From the NCBI GenBank assembly GCA_038009385.1, contig JBBPCA010000011.1, forward strand, positions 12,479 to 52,478: a stretch of DNA of 40,000 nt, written 5' to 3'. How positions within the stretch are numbered: position 1 is the first letter of the stretch; each line of letters opens with the position of its first letter. The stretch comes from Hydrogenobacter sp. RSW1 (GTDB lineage: Bacteria > Aquificota > Aquificia > Aquificales > Aquificaceae). The position numbers and the translations under genes were made by a program. This document shows, piece by piece, positions 1 to 11,626 of the stretch. The notes below the pieces were generated by a model. The model had not been told where the DNA came from. It did not search any database and saw only the letters and a list, made by a program, of their open reading frames with translations.

Positions 1-854
1 TCAGCTATGTCCTTTACCTTTTCCAAAAAAGGTCCAAAAAGCACAGGTTTGCGATGATAGGCAGGTTCTAAAAGATTATGTCCTCCTATATTCACAAGCG
101 TCCCACCAACAAAAGCTACATCCGCAAGAGAATATATCCCAAATAGTTCTCCTAAAGTATCAATCACCAGCACATCCCACTCTTCTTCCTTACTGGTTTT
201 AAGAGCACATTTAAAACCTTTAAATTTTTTCACCACCTCCTTAGCTCTTGAAACATGGCGAGGAGCTATTAAAAGCTTAAGGTCAGGAAAGATTTTTTTT
301 AATTCTCCAAAGGCTTCAAGAAGGATCTCCTCTTCTCCTCTATGAGTGCTACCCGCAACAAAGAATTTAGAGCCATTTTTCTGAATATCCAAGTGTTTTT
401 CCTGTGGGTTTTCAAAGATAAACTTTAGATTACCGCAACTTACCACTTGTTTGCATCCGTAGGACTCAAACCTCTCTTTGTCTCTTTCCGTTTTGGTAAC
501 GATAAGGTTAAACTTTTTACTCATAAATCGCTCGTATATGCCACCCTTTGCGTAAGCGTTAAGTAAAGCTTTTTTTGCTTTTGTAAAATGGATAAGAAAG
601 GGCCAAAACTCTCTTTCCACTATAAAAAGCATCTGTGCGGATATGCGTTTCTCAAAGTGCCTTACAGTAAAAGGTGTATCTAAAGGTAGTCTTTCTAAAG
701 TATGATAATATTGAGCTTGCTGACTTAAGTAGTTTTTAGCTCTTGGTGAAAAGTAGGTAAGGACTATGGTGTGTTCTTTTATAAGCTCTTTGAGAATAGG
801 TTTCACTGTGTTGAACTCTCCTACGCTGGCTACATGAAACCAAAGGGTTTTCAT
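1..854 (-). CDS. kdtA: 3-deoxy-D-manno-octulosonic acid transferase (lipid A Kdo transferase), 3' part beyond window
   Basis: Reverse strand reads MKTLWFHVASVGEFNTVKPILKELIKEHTIVLTYFSPRA...VVEREFWP...VAFVGGTLVNIGGHNLLEPAYHRKPVLFGP, characteristic of WaaA/KdtA; not in the ORF track because it runs off the window edge; ATG overlaps the stop of the upstream gene. Confidence 0.93.
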   Translation of the reverse strand, partial: MKTLWFHVASVGEFNTVKPILKELIKEHTIVLTYFSPRAKNYLSQQAQYYHTLERLPLDTPFTVRHFEKRISAQMLFIVEREFWPFLIHFTKAKKALLNAYAKGGIYERFMSKKFNLIVTKTERDKERFESYGCKQVVSCGNLKFIFENPQEKHLDIQKNGSKFFVAGSTHRGEEEILLEAFGELKKIFPDLKLLIAPRHVSRAKEVVKKFKGFKCALKTSKEEEWDVLVIDTLGELFGIYSLADVAFVGGTLVNIGGHNLLEPAYHRKPVLFGPFLEKVKDIA

Positions 855-1318
855 GTAAAGTTCATGCTTGTTATGTAATCCGCCACTGTGGTTGCTGCAA
901 CAGACCGAGGTTTTACCACAGGCTTTAGCCCTTGAGCTAACACATAACCTATAGCTTCTTTGAGGATCACGCTGGAGTTGTGTTCTGGGTTAGGGTTTAT
1001 ATCCAAGTGCACCTCAAAGGGTCTTTTCCCCACCACATTAGATATCTCAAGAGCCATAAATACTGCTCTGCTGACCTCTTCCATAAGTCTCTGTCTTAAA
1101 GACTTGATCCTGTTTACCTTTTCCACACGCCAGAAGATCTTTGCCCCTCTACAGGAATCTATGTGTACCACTACAACAGTAACAAAAACAGTTTTTTCCC
1201 TTACCTGTCTTGAATCACAGCCCACATAAATAGCAGTATTCTCTGATGTGCCTTTTATGAATTCCTTCACCTCCTCCACATCCTTTATCATAGGCATAAG
1301 CTCAAACCCCTCTGCCAA
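851..1318 (-). CDS. RNase H-like YkuK/DUF458 family protein
   Basis: 155 aa; IYVGCDSRQ...VVVVHID...HLDINPNPEHNSSVILKEAIGYV motif pattern of the YkuK (DUF458) family; TTG start likely. Confidence 0.7.
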   Translation of the reverse strand: MAEGFELMPMIKDVEEVKEFIKGTSENTAIYVGCDSRQVREKTVFVTVVVVHIDSCRGAKIFWRVEKVNRIKSLRQRLMEEVSRAVFMALEISNVVGKRPFEVHLDINPNPEHNSSVILKEAIGYVLAQGLKPVVKPRSVAATTVADYITSMNFT

Positions 1319-1628
1319 AATCTACATCTTTTACCCAAGTAGGTCTAAAAAATACCCAATCTTTTAGGTTTTCAAAGCTTTTTGAATAACACACCTCACA
1401 GATAAGCCCCTTATCCGTCAGCTTGGAATTATCATCACAACACTCGCTTAGATTCCAAAACTCGTAGTTGTCATGGAATATAATTTTTCCGCAGTTAATA
1501 CACTCATAAAGGGTGTAGCCTTTTAACTGAAGAAAAGCGGAGATGTCCTCACCTTCGGGTAGCTCCTCTACCTCAAGTATTCTTTTGAGAAAATCCTTTT
1601 GCTGCTTTGTAAGCTCACTTATCTTCAT
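1302..1628 (-). CDS. hypothetical protein with CxxC pairs (possible zinc ribbon)
   Basis: 108 aa ORF; CINCGK...CC...CEVCYSK; overlaps the downstream gene, same strand. Confidence 0.6.
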   Translation of the reverse strand: MKISELTKQQKDFLKRILEVEELPEGEDISAFLQLKGYTLYECINCGKIIFHDNYEFWNLSECCDDNSKLTDKGLICEVCYSKSFENLKDWVFFRPTWVKDVDFGRGV

Positions 1629-1653
1629 CAGTAAAAATTATACACATACAAAA

Positions 1654-1671
1654 TACCTTGGGTGAGAAATT
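1654..1671 (+). repeat. Left terminal inverted repeat of IS
   Basis: TACCTTGGGTGAGAAATT, complementary to 2475-2492 (17/18). Confidence 0.85.
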
Positions 1672-1705
1672 CAGAAAAGCTGGAAAAATCCTCTGACAAA
1701 GAGCC

Positions 1706-1748
1706 CCTAGTGGGCAGAGGTTTATAATAACCTCAAATCCCACTAAGG
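1706..1748 (+). promoter_or_regulatory. Hairpin upstream of IS transposase overlapping its Shine-Dalgarno
   Basis: CCTAGTGGG..GAGGTT-TATAAT-AACCTC....CCCACTAAGG; SD AAGGAGG at 1745-1751, ATG at 1759. Confidence 0.55.
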
Positions 1749-1758
1749 AGGTAGAACA

Positions 1759-2476
1759 ATGAATCACCTTAATAGTTTATACCAACAAGTGCTTTTGTCC
1801 ATCTCCATAGTCTTATCAGACTACGAAAAGCAAGTAAAAGTGGGAAGACCGCCAAAAGTCTCAGACTTACAAATAGCTTGCCTGTATGTCACTATACAGA
1901 AGGAGAATGAACTTGCTAATCTTGATTTTAAGCATCCTATCTGGAAAGGAAATAAAACTGATAGTTGATGGCACTATTCTAAGAGTTGCAAACATATACA
2001 GTGCACAAACAAGGAAAATAAAGAGAGTTGCTGGAAAGAAATTTTGGGCAAAAAGGAAAAGGAACATCTACAGCTGGGATTACCAAAGGAATGTAAGATT
2101 TGAAGAGGTTCATTATGGGCTTTTGGTAATGATTGTTTGCGATAGGAATGGAGTTGTTTATGACCTGTGGGTTCATCCTGCCAGCTATCACGAAGTGAAG
2201 TCTGTAAGAATAAGGTATCAAAAGAGTTTGTGGTTTAGGGCGCTTGCGGACAGCTTTTGTCCTATGGGTGATAGAGGGTATAGAGGTTTGGAGTATGTGC
2301 ATGTATGTGAGGATAAGCCAGAGAAAAGTGTTAGGCAAGTGGTAGAGGCTGTTAATTCTCAGATAAAGCTTTTCAACGGAGTTAGCAGATGGAGGAATAT
2401 TACGACTTTACTTGCTTACCTTCAGGGTTATACTGTTGGGTATAGTTTTTTCAGGAAGTCTTGGCTGTTTAAATAA
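1759..2476 (+). pseudogene. Transposase, disrupted (N-terminal fragment 1759-1968; C-terminal fragment 1886-2476 in another frame)
   Basis: MNHLNSLYQQVLLSISIVLSDYEKQVKVGRPPKVSDLQIACLYVT in one frame; LIVDGTILRVAN...YHEVKSV...MGDRGYRGLEYV...RQVVEAVNSQIK...ITTLLAYLQGYTVGYSFF in another; middle region short. Confidence 0.8.
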
Positions 2477-2492
2477 TTTCTCACCCGAGGTA
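2475..2492 (-). repeat. Right terminal inverted repeat of IS
   Basis: AATTTCTCACCCGAGGTA; reverse complement TACCTCGGGTGAGAAATT. Confidence 0.85.
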
Positions 2493-2668
2493 TAAGTAGA
2501 AAATTAATACAGAGACCCTTAAGTCCGCAACTTGATCACAGAAAAAAGGTTATACTGCCAGTCCTCTCCTTGAAGTGGAAGAATTTTTGAGTGCCCTTCC
2601 TAAGGCTCTAAACCCTAAAATCCCTTTCGTTTATTCTTTGATTTGTTCTTTTCTGGCTCCTCAGGCTA

Positions 2669-3190
2669 CTACTGCATAAACTCTTCAATCCAAGGTTCGT
2701 ACTCCATAACCTGCTGGAAGGTATAAGGACACTCTTTTGGAAAGTCTTCTTCCTTTGGAAACCTGTCAAAGTATTTTTTGGCTAAGTGTTTATTCTCGTC
2801 TTTCTTAAACCAAGTAATTAAGCCATTAACAGCCCTTCTCCAAGCCTTGTACAAACTTTCCCTTTCTTGCGCTATTCTTTTCAACGATGGTATTTCATCA
2901 AAGAGGTCTCTTAGTTCCTTTCTTGCTTCAAGAATGCTGTTTTTCCAACTACTACCCATATACTCATTTTCTCTGAAATGTTCCCACTTGTAGAGATGCT
3001 CCATAATGCGTGTCATATGACCAATCATACCTTCATAGTGTCTTTTAGCCATATCCTCAATCTCCTCTAAGAGGTTCTCCCAATCTACAAGCTCGTATTC
3101 TCTGTTTTTGAGGAGCTTTAGGTTCTCCAGTACCCACAAATAAAAGTCCTTTTCATAAAGCTCTTTAAGGTTTTGGGTTTTTTGTTCCAT
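2669..3190 (-). CDS. DUF29 family protein
   Basis: LYEKDFYLWVLENLKLLKNREYELVDWENLLEEIEDMAKRHY...RMEHLYKWE-like pattern...SILEARKELRDLFDEIPSL typical of DUF29; likely start MEQKTQNLKELYEKDF. Confidence 0.8.
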   Translation of the reverse strand: MEQKTQNLKELYEKDFYLWVLENLKLLKNREYELVDWENLLEEIEDMAKRHYEGMIGHMTRIMEHLYKWEHFRENEYMGSSWKNSILEARKELRDLFDEIPSLKRIAQERESLYKAWRRAVNGLITWFKKDENKHLAKKYFDRFPKEEDFPKECPYTFQQVMEYEPWIEEFMQ

Positions 3191-3321
3191 AGGTTTTAAT
3201 ATAAGCCCTGATCTTTCTTGGAGTATTACTCCAAACATGTGAACTAAATTCATTACAAGCATAAACGAAAAATCAAGGTCTTTGGTGAGAGTATTAGTTA
3301 TTCAGGATCAAAACTTACCAC

Positions 3322-4385
3322 TCAGAAAGCCTTACTTGCTTTAAGGCTAACATAATAACCCACACCCATCTGGATACCATTGAGCTTTTGATAGACAGGT
3401 TTGACAAAATCTATACCGATAGTAATACCCTTAATTTTAGCATTTAAACCGACGCCCACATCAACACGCTCACCGCCTTGATAATCTGGTTGAAAGTCTG
3501 GATCCTTGAAGGTAGGATGTTGAGAAAAGAACTCCTTGTTTAATTTATCTTCACCCTTTATCCCACCCCACTTGGAATATCTAACACTTACATTGGGCAC
3601 CAAAAGATCCGATAGCATATATCCGACCCATCCCACCGTGCCAAAAACGTGCCCAAACCTGTAGCCTTCTTTGTTCCTGCCAGTTCTGATGGTTGCGTTA
3701 GCCTGAAGCCCAGCTCCTAACTTGCCGTAGGTGTAAGTGTAAGTTAAGGACGGCAAAAGGTCATAGGTGCCAGAGCCTAATTGCATGCTGTATGCTCGCA
3801 AAGGCACCTCATCTTCATGTATCATATGTACATGAGTTTTATTGGTCTCCCCCGTAGGAAGACTTACACCCATACCAACTATAAGGCTATTGCCACCACC
3901 TTGTGCCACCAAATAATCAGCGGATAAGATGGTATCACCCAGCCCCCTTGAAGCATGATCCGTCTTTCCATCGTGATGAAACATCCTCATCTCCTTGTCC
4001 GTATACTGCACCATACCCATAACTGTCAATTTATCAGTAAGACCATACATTAGCTCCACCATGTGCATCTGCATTTTCATCCAGTCAGAAAACACATGCC
4101 CATGAGCTTTGGGATTGCCAGTTATTTCCTTTATTTTGCTGTTTATGATGCTGGCATCCGTGGGTAATTTGTGAGTGCCTGCATAGTAATTACCCATCCA
4201 CATATACATACACCTGTAAGTTAGCATAAACTGACCTTTTTGCATCACATGGTCTCTGCTTATATCCGCCGGGGAAACAAGGGTGCATTATGGAAGATAC
4301 CATGCTCGTGGGTGTGTACTTCTTGAGATAAGGATAAACCGCATACCGAAAACATTGAGAGACAACAAATATAAGCCTTCTTCAT
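3322..4385 (-). pseudogene. Outer-membrane beta-barrel / transporter family protein with 5' frameshift (signal peptide in another frame)
   Basis: 308 aa ORF 3322-4248 plus upstream MKKAYICCLSMFSVCGLSLSQEVHTHEHGIFHNAPLFP from ATG 4383-4385 in a different frame; one extra C in the CCCC run would join the frames (FHNAPLFPPADISRDHVMQKGQFMLTYRC). Confidence 0.75.
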
Positions 4386-4459
4386 CTAATTTAATGTTAT
4401 TTTAGCTCAAGTTAAGCAACAAAGTAAATCTTGCCAAACTGAGCATATAATAAAGAGTT

Positions 4460-5344
4460 ATGGATGAAAGATTTAGAGAATCAGAAGAGGTAAGAAAACC
4501 GGAGGTGGTAGAGGAAAGCATATGGGTGGCCGGAGAAGCGGTAAAGAAAGCTCCCAAAATGTACGGTGTACCTACAGGTGTTGAAGGACTTGATGAGCTT
4601 TTCTTTACCGCAGAAGTTCAGGAAGGTAAGGTAATAAAAAAATCCTTAGGTGGCATACCGGCGTATTCAGTTACAAACATAACGGGCGTTTCTGATACAG
4701 GCAAAACTCTTATAGCGGAACAGTACACTATAACACAGGCAAAAAGAAACGAACCCGTAGCTTTTATAACCGTTGAAGCACCTGCACCTTTTGTGAGCGT
4801 AGGGTTGCGCGAAAGGGCAAAGGCTATGGGTATAGATTTTGAAAGTGTGCAAGATAGAATAATTCTCATAGATGCGGCAAGCCACTCAAAGTTAAGAGAA
4901 AACATCCCAGACTTACTTGCTACCTTAGCGCATGCCATAAAAACCTATAAGATAAGACATGTGGTGATAGACTCGGTTACAGGTTTGTATGAAGCAAAAG
5001 AGATGATGGCAAGGGTAATAGTAAGACAACTTTTTAATTTCATGAAGAAGTGGTACCAAACAGCCATATTTGTATCACAAAAAAGGAGTGGACACGAGGA
5101 ACTAACTGCGGAAGCAGCGGGTGGTTATGCGGTAAGCCATATAGTGGACTGTTCCATGGTGCTTTCTAAGGAACTGATCCTTACTCAGGCACAATCAAAG
5201 ATATACAAAAAACCAGTAGGGGAAATAGTCAGGCTTTTTCGGATAGATGGTTGTAGGCTTTGCGGACACGATACAAGCACACACTTCATGGAGATAACAG
5301 AGCTTGGTCTTGTGAGAATAGGTCCTGTCCTTTCTGCAGGATGA
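4460..5344 (+). CDS. Single-domain KaiC-like RecA-superfamily ATPase
   Basis: 294 aa; PTGVEGLDELF, Walker A GVSDTGKT, Walker B VVIDSVTGL, KaiC-like architecture; C-terminal CRLCGH motif. Confidence 0.85.
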   Translation: MDERFRESEEVRKPEVVEESIWVAGEAVKKAPKMYGVPTGVEGLDELFFTAEVQEGKVIKKSLGGIPAYSVTNITGVSDTGKTLIAEQYTITQAKRNEPVAFITVEAPAPFVSVGLRERAKAMGIDFESVQDRIILIDAASHSKLRENIPDLLATLAHAIKTYKIRHVVIDSVTGLYEAKEMMARVIVRQLFNFMKKWYQTAIFVSQKRSGHEELTAEAAGGYAVSHIVDCSMVLSKELILTQAQSKIYKKPVGEIVRLFRIDGCRLCGHDTSTHFMEITELGLVRIGPVLSAG

Positions 5345-6075
5345 TGTACCGCGTAAAAGCCTGTGGGATAACCCATAGAGGGAAGATAAGGGAAAAGAAC
5401 GAGGATGCTTTGCTTATAAACGACAAACTTATTCAGGAAGAGATGATGAGCTCTCCCTTATGTGTAGAGGAAGAAAAGGATTACTTTCTGTTTGCGGTGG
5501 CGGATGGATTGGGAGGGCATGCATGTGGTGAAAGGGCAAGCCTTATGGTCCTTAAGACTCTTATGGAGGAAAAACCCCACTCTGCAGAAAGTATAAATAT
5601 GGCTTTGCATAAAGCAAGAGATAACCTTGAAGCTTTTGCACAACAAAATCCTGATTATTACGGTCTTGGTTCCGCATTAGCTGGTCTGACCCTTACCCAG
5701 AAGGATATCATAGTATTCAATGTGGGGGACTGCAGGGTTTACGGTATAAAGGACAATAAGGCGGAAAAGCTCACTCAAGATCACACAGAGGTAGAAAGAT
5801 TAGTCAAGCTTGGCTACATCACGGAAAATCAGGCCAAACAACATCCCAACAGGCATATACTTACATCTGCACTTATCGGTTCTTCTTCCTTTAGGGAGTT
5901 TGAGGTTTTTATAAAGAGCGTAAAAGACTACAGAAGTTTTCTCATATGCTCTGATGGACTTTGGGAGCTTGTAGAGGATTACGAGCTAACATTACCACCT
6001 TCTGAGCTTATGGGTCTAGCTCTTTCAAGAGCCGCTACAGACAACATAACCCTTGTAAGGGTTGATATCATATGA
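5341..6075 (+). CDS. PP2C-family serine/threonine protein phosphatase
   Basis: Motifs KNEDALL, FAVADGLGGHACGE, VGDCRVY, LTQDHT, CSDGLWELV, DNITLVRV; start ATGATG overlaps the stop of the KaiC-like gene. Confidence 0.92.
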   Translation: MMYRVKACGITHRGKIREKNEDALLINDKLIQEEMMSSPLCVEEEKDYFLFAVADGLGGHACGERASLMVLKTLMEEKPHSAESINMALHKARDNLEAFAQQNPDYYGLGSALAGLTLTQKDIIVFNVGDCRVYGIKDNKAEKLTQDHTEVERLVKLGYITENQAKQHPNRHILTSALIGSSSFREFEVFIKSVKDYRSFLICSDGLWELVEDYELTLPPSELMGLALSRAATDNITLVRVDII

Positions 6076-7325
6076 GGAGGTTTTTATTAATAACGCTTCT
6101 TTTTGTCATGAGCTGTGCAAAGGCTATTGATTTTAGCTCGCTTATTCTTCCGGAAGATGAAGAAATACGCATAGGGAAAAGCTACATACCTTATGCCATA
6201 GAAGAGAGCGACGGTCTATACCCGGACAAAAGAGTCCAAGAGTATGTCAGAAACATCGGTATGAGTATTGCAAAACATACACCCAGAAGACTACCTTATG
6301 AGTTTTTTGTAGTAAATTCAGAGGCGGTTAACGCCTTTGCACTTCCGGGGGGACCCGTATTTATCACGAGGGGACTTCTGCTTAAGCTAAATAGCGAGAG
6401 TGAGCTTGCAGGAGTGTTGGGACACGAACTTGGTCATATAAACGCAAGACATCATGCAAAGTTTTTAGAAAAGATGTATGCTATAAACCTGCTATTTAAC
6501 ATAAGTTCCGTTCTTTTGGCTGATAAACCTTATGCTCAGGCGCTTTTGCAGTTTGGTCAAGTGGGAGGTCAGCTTTTGGCTCTTAAGTTCAGCAGAGATC
6601 AGGAAAAACAGGCGGATGAACTTGGAGTTGTGTATGTGCTAAAAGCTGGGTATGACCCAAGGGGACTGTTGGGTGTTTTTGAAACTTTTAAAAAGATGGA
6701 AAGGACAAATGTGCCCGAATGGCTCCAAACACACCCTCTTCCTCAAAGTAGAATAGAGGATGTGCAAAGGGAGATAGAAAGCATAAAGCCCTCAGGAAGT
6801 TTCATATACGACACAGATGAGTTCCAAAACATTAAAAAGCTTTTGAAGCAAACAGAAGACTCTTACAGGGAGTTTTACGCAGGCAAGAGAGCTTATCAGC
6901 AGAAGAACTACTCAACGGCTCTCTCTCATTTCACCAGAGCCGTGGAACTTTACCATGATAACTACGAAGCGCACCTTTACATGGCTTACATACTTGCAAA
7001 GGAAGGCAGTACACCACAAGCACTTAGACAGGTTCAGACTGCTTACTCTATAATGCCCGAAGTTTTTTCTACAAACTATGTTTATGGTTTTGTGCTTTTC
7101 AAAATGGAGAAATACTCAGAATCCGTACAAAAACTTGAGAATGCCAGAAGGCTTATACCTGATTATGCAGACACTTACTATTACCTTGGCAGGAACTACG
7201 AAGCCCTAGGGAATATTTCAAAGGCAGTATATCACTACAAAACTGCTTTAGAGTTGTCCCAAGGTAAAGCAGAGTGGTCAAAAGATGCTCAAGAAAGGCT
7301 CAGAAGATTACAAAATATGTGGTAA
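6072..7325 (+). CDS. M48-family metalloprotease with C-terminal TPRs (BepA-like)
   Basis: HELGH zinc motif, lipoprotein/signal-like N terminus (LLFVMSCAK), repeated TPR-like segments at the C terminus; ATGA overlap with PP2C gene. Confidence 0.9.
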   Translation: MRRFLLITLLFVMSCAKAIDFSSLILPEDEEIRIGKSYIPYAIEESDGLYPDKRVQEYVRNIGMSIAKHTPRRLPYEFFVVNSEAVNAFALPGGPVFITRGLLLKLNSESELAGVLGHELGHINARHHAKFLEKMYAINLLFNISSVLLADKPYAQALLQFGQVGGQLLALKFSRDQEKQADELGVVYVLKAGYDPRGLLGVFETFKKMERTNVPEWLQTHPLPQSRIEDVQREIESIKPSGSFIYDTDEFQNIKKLLKQTEDSYREFYAGKRAYQQKNYSTALSHFTRAVELYHDNYEAHLYMAYILAKEGSTPQALRQVQTAYSIMPEVFSTNYVYGFVLFKMEKYSESVQKLENARRLIPDYADTYYYLGRNYEALGNISKAVYHYKTALELSQGKAEWSKDAQERLRRLQNMW

Positions 7326-7360
7326 AATTTTGAGATGATCTGGATCACAGGAGGTGCGCA

Positions 7361-10262
<2,902 letters not shown>

Positions 10263-10312
10263 AGATAAGAATTTAACGCAAAATAAAAAAAGCGTAATAA
10301 AATAGTCTGTAC

Positions 10313-11626
10313 ATGATAGAACGCTACACAAGGGAAGAGATAGGAAAAGTATGGTCAGAGGTAAACAAGTTTAAAAAATGGCTACAGGTGGAGCTTGCAG
10401 TATGTGGTGCGTGGAATAAGTTAGGTAAGATACCAAATGAAGCCTTTGAAGAGATAAAGAAGAGAACCTTTATAAACGAGGAGGTAGTACAAAGGATAAA
10501 AGAGTATGAAAGGCTTTACAAACACGATGTGCTTGCCTTCATATCTGCTATATCCCAACAGATTCCCTCTTATTCTCACTACTTCCACATGGGTCTTACA
10601 TCTTCCGATGTGGTAGATACCGCTCTTGCATTGCAGATGAGGGAAGCCATGCAAATAATTCTTAAAGATGTTGACCTTGTGCTTGAAGAATTAAAAAAGC
10701 TTTCTTTTGAACATAAACACACCCTCATGATGGGAAGGACGCACGGTGTACATGCGGAACCCATAACTCTTGGTATAAAGTTTGCTGTATGGTATGACGA
10801 AATGAGGAGAAACAGAGAGAGGCTCATGAGAGCTTATGAGAGTATTTCTTACGGTAAGCTTTCTGGTGCTGTAGGAACATACTCAAACCTGGACCCAAAG
10901 GTCGAAGAAATAGCTCTTGAAAAGTTGGGACTAAATGTGGAGCCTGCAAGCACACAGATAGTACACAGGGACAGGCACGCAGACCTTATGTATGCTATCG
11001 CTTGCTGTGCTACATCCCTAGAGAAGTTTGCCACAGAAATAAGACACTTGCAGAGGACTGAGGTTTTAGAACTTCAGGAGCCTTTCACAGAAGGTCAAAG
11101 AGGGTCTTCTGCCATGCCTCACAAAAAGAATCCCATACACTCGGAACGCATATGCGGTCTTGCAAGGGTACTAAGGGCTAACCTTTTAGTAGCTCTTGAG
11201 AACATGGTGCTTTGGCACGAAAGAGACATATCCCACTCTTCTGCAGAGAGGATAATAATCCCTGATAGTACCATAGCCCTTGACTACATGCTAAACCTGT
11301 TTTTAGAGATACTAAAGGGTCTTGTGATAAACAAAGATAGAATGCTGAAAAACATGGAACTATCTTATGGACTTTACGCGTCTTCAAAGGTATTGGTAAT
11401 GCTCATGGAAAAAGGCATTGCAAGAGACAGGGCTTACAACATAGTTCAAAGGTGTGCCATGAAAAGTTGGCAAGAAGGTATACCTTTTAAAGAAGCACTA
11501 CTTCTTGATGAGGAAGCAAAGCTCCTACTGAGCATGCAAGACATAGAGTCCGCAACAGACCCAAGGAGTTTTCTAAGAAACATGGACCACATATACAAAA
11601 AGGTTTTTGGGCAAACAGATGGTTAA
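10313..11626 (+). CDS. purB: Adenylosuccinate lyase
   Basis: HMGLTSSDVVDTALALQMREA, GRTHGVHAEP, GSSAMPHKKNPI. Confidence 0.97.
   Translation: MIERYTREEIGKVWSEVNKFKKWLQVELAVCGAWNKLGKIPNEAFEEIKKRTFINEEVVQRIKEYERLYKHDVLAFISAISQQIPSYSHYFHMGLTSSDVVDTALALQMREAMQIILKDVDLVLEELKKLSFEHKHTLMMGRTHGVHAEPITLGIKFAVWYDEMRRNRERLMRAYESISYGKLSGAVGTYSNLDPKVEEIALEKLGLNVEPASTQIVHRDRHADLMYAIACCATSLEKFATEIRHLQRTEVLELQEPFTEGQRGSSAMPHKKNPIHSERICGLARVLRANLLVALENMVLWHERDISHSSAERIIIPDSTIALDYMLNLFLEILKGLVINKDRMLKNMELSYGLYASSKVLVMLMEKGIARDRAYNIVQRCAMKSWQEGIPFKEALLLDEEAKLLLSMQDIESATDPRSFLRNMDHIYKKVFGQTDG

Larger units (their letters stand above)
1654..2492 (+). mobile_element. Internally deleted insertion sequence (DDE transposase; family uncertain, IS982-like)
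   Basis: Left end TACCTTGGGTGAGAAATT (1654-1671) and right end AATTTCTCACCCGAGGTA (2475-2492) are inverted repeats with 1 mismatch in 18; transposase fragments lie between. Confidence 0.85.

Noticed and set aside
1723-1728. TATAAT in the loop of the IS hairpin as a transposase -10 box
   Set aside because: No acceptable -35 at 16-18 nt upstream; could be coincidental, so not called as a promoter.
1979-2338. 119-aa minus strand ORF inside the IS
   Set aside because: Antisense shadow of the transposase coding region.
5260-5340. N-terminal extension of the PP2C ORF (MRTRYKHTLHGDNRAW...)
   Set aside because: Overlaps KaiC-like coding sequence; the PP2C fold begins at MMYRVKACGITHRGKIREKNED, so the start at 5341 is preferred.
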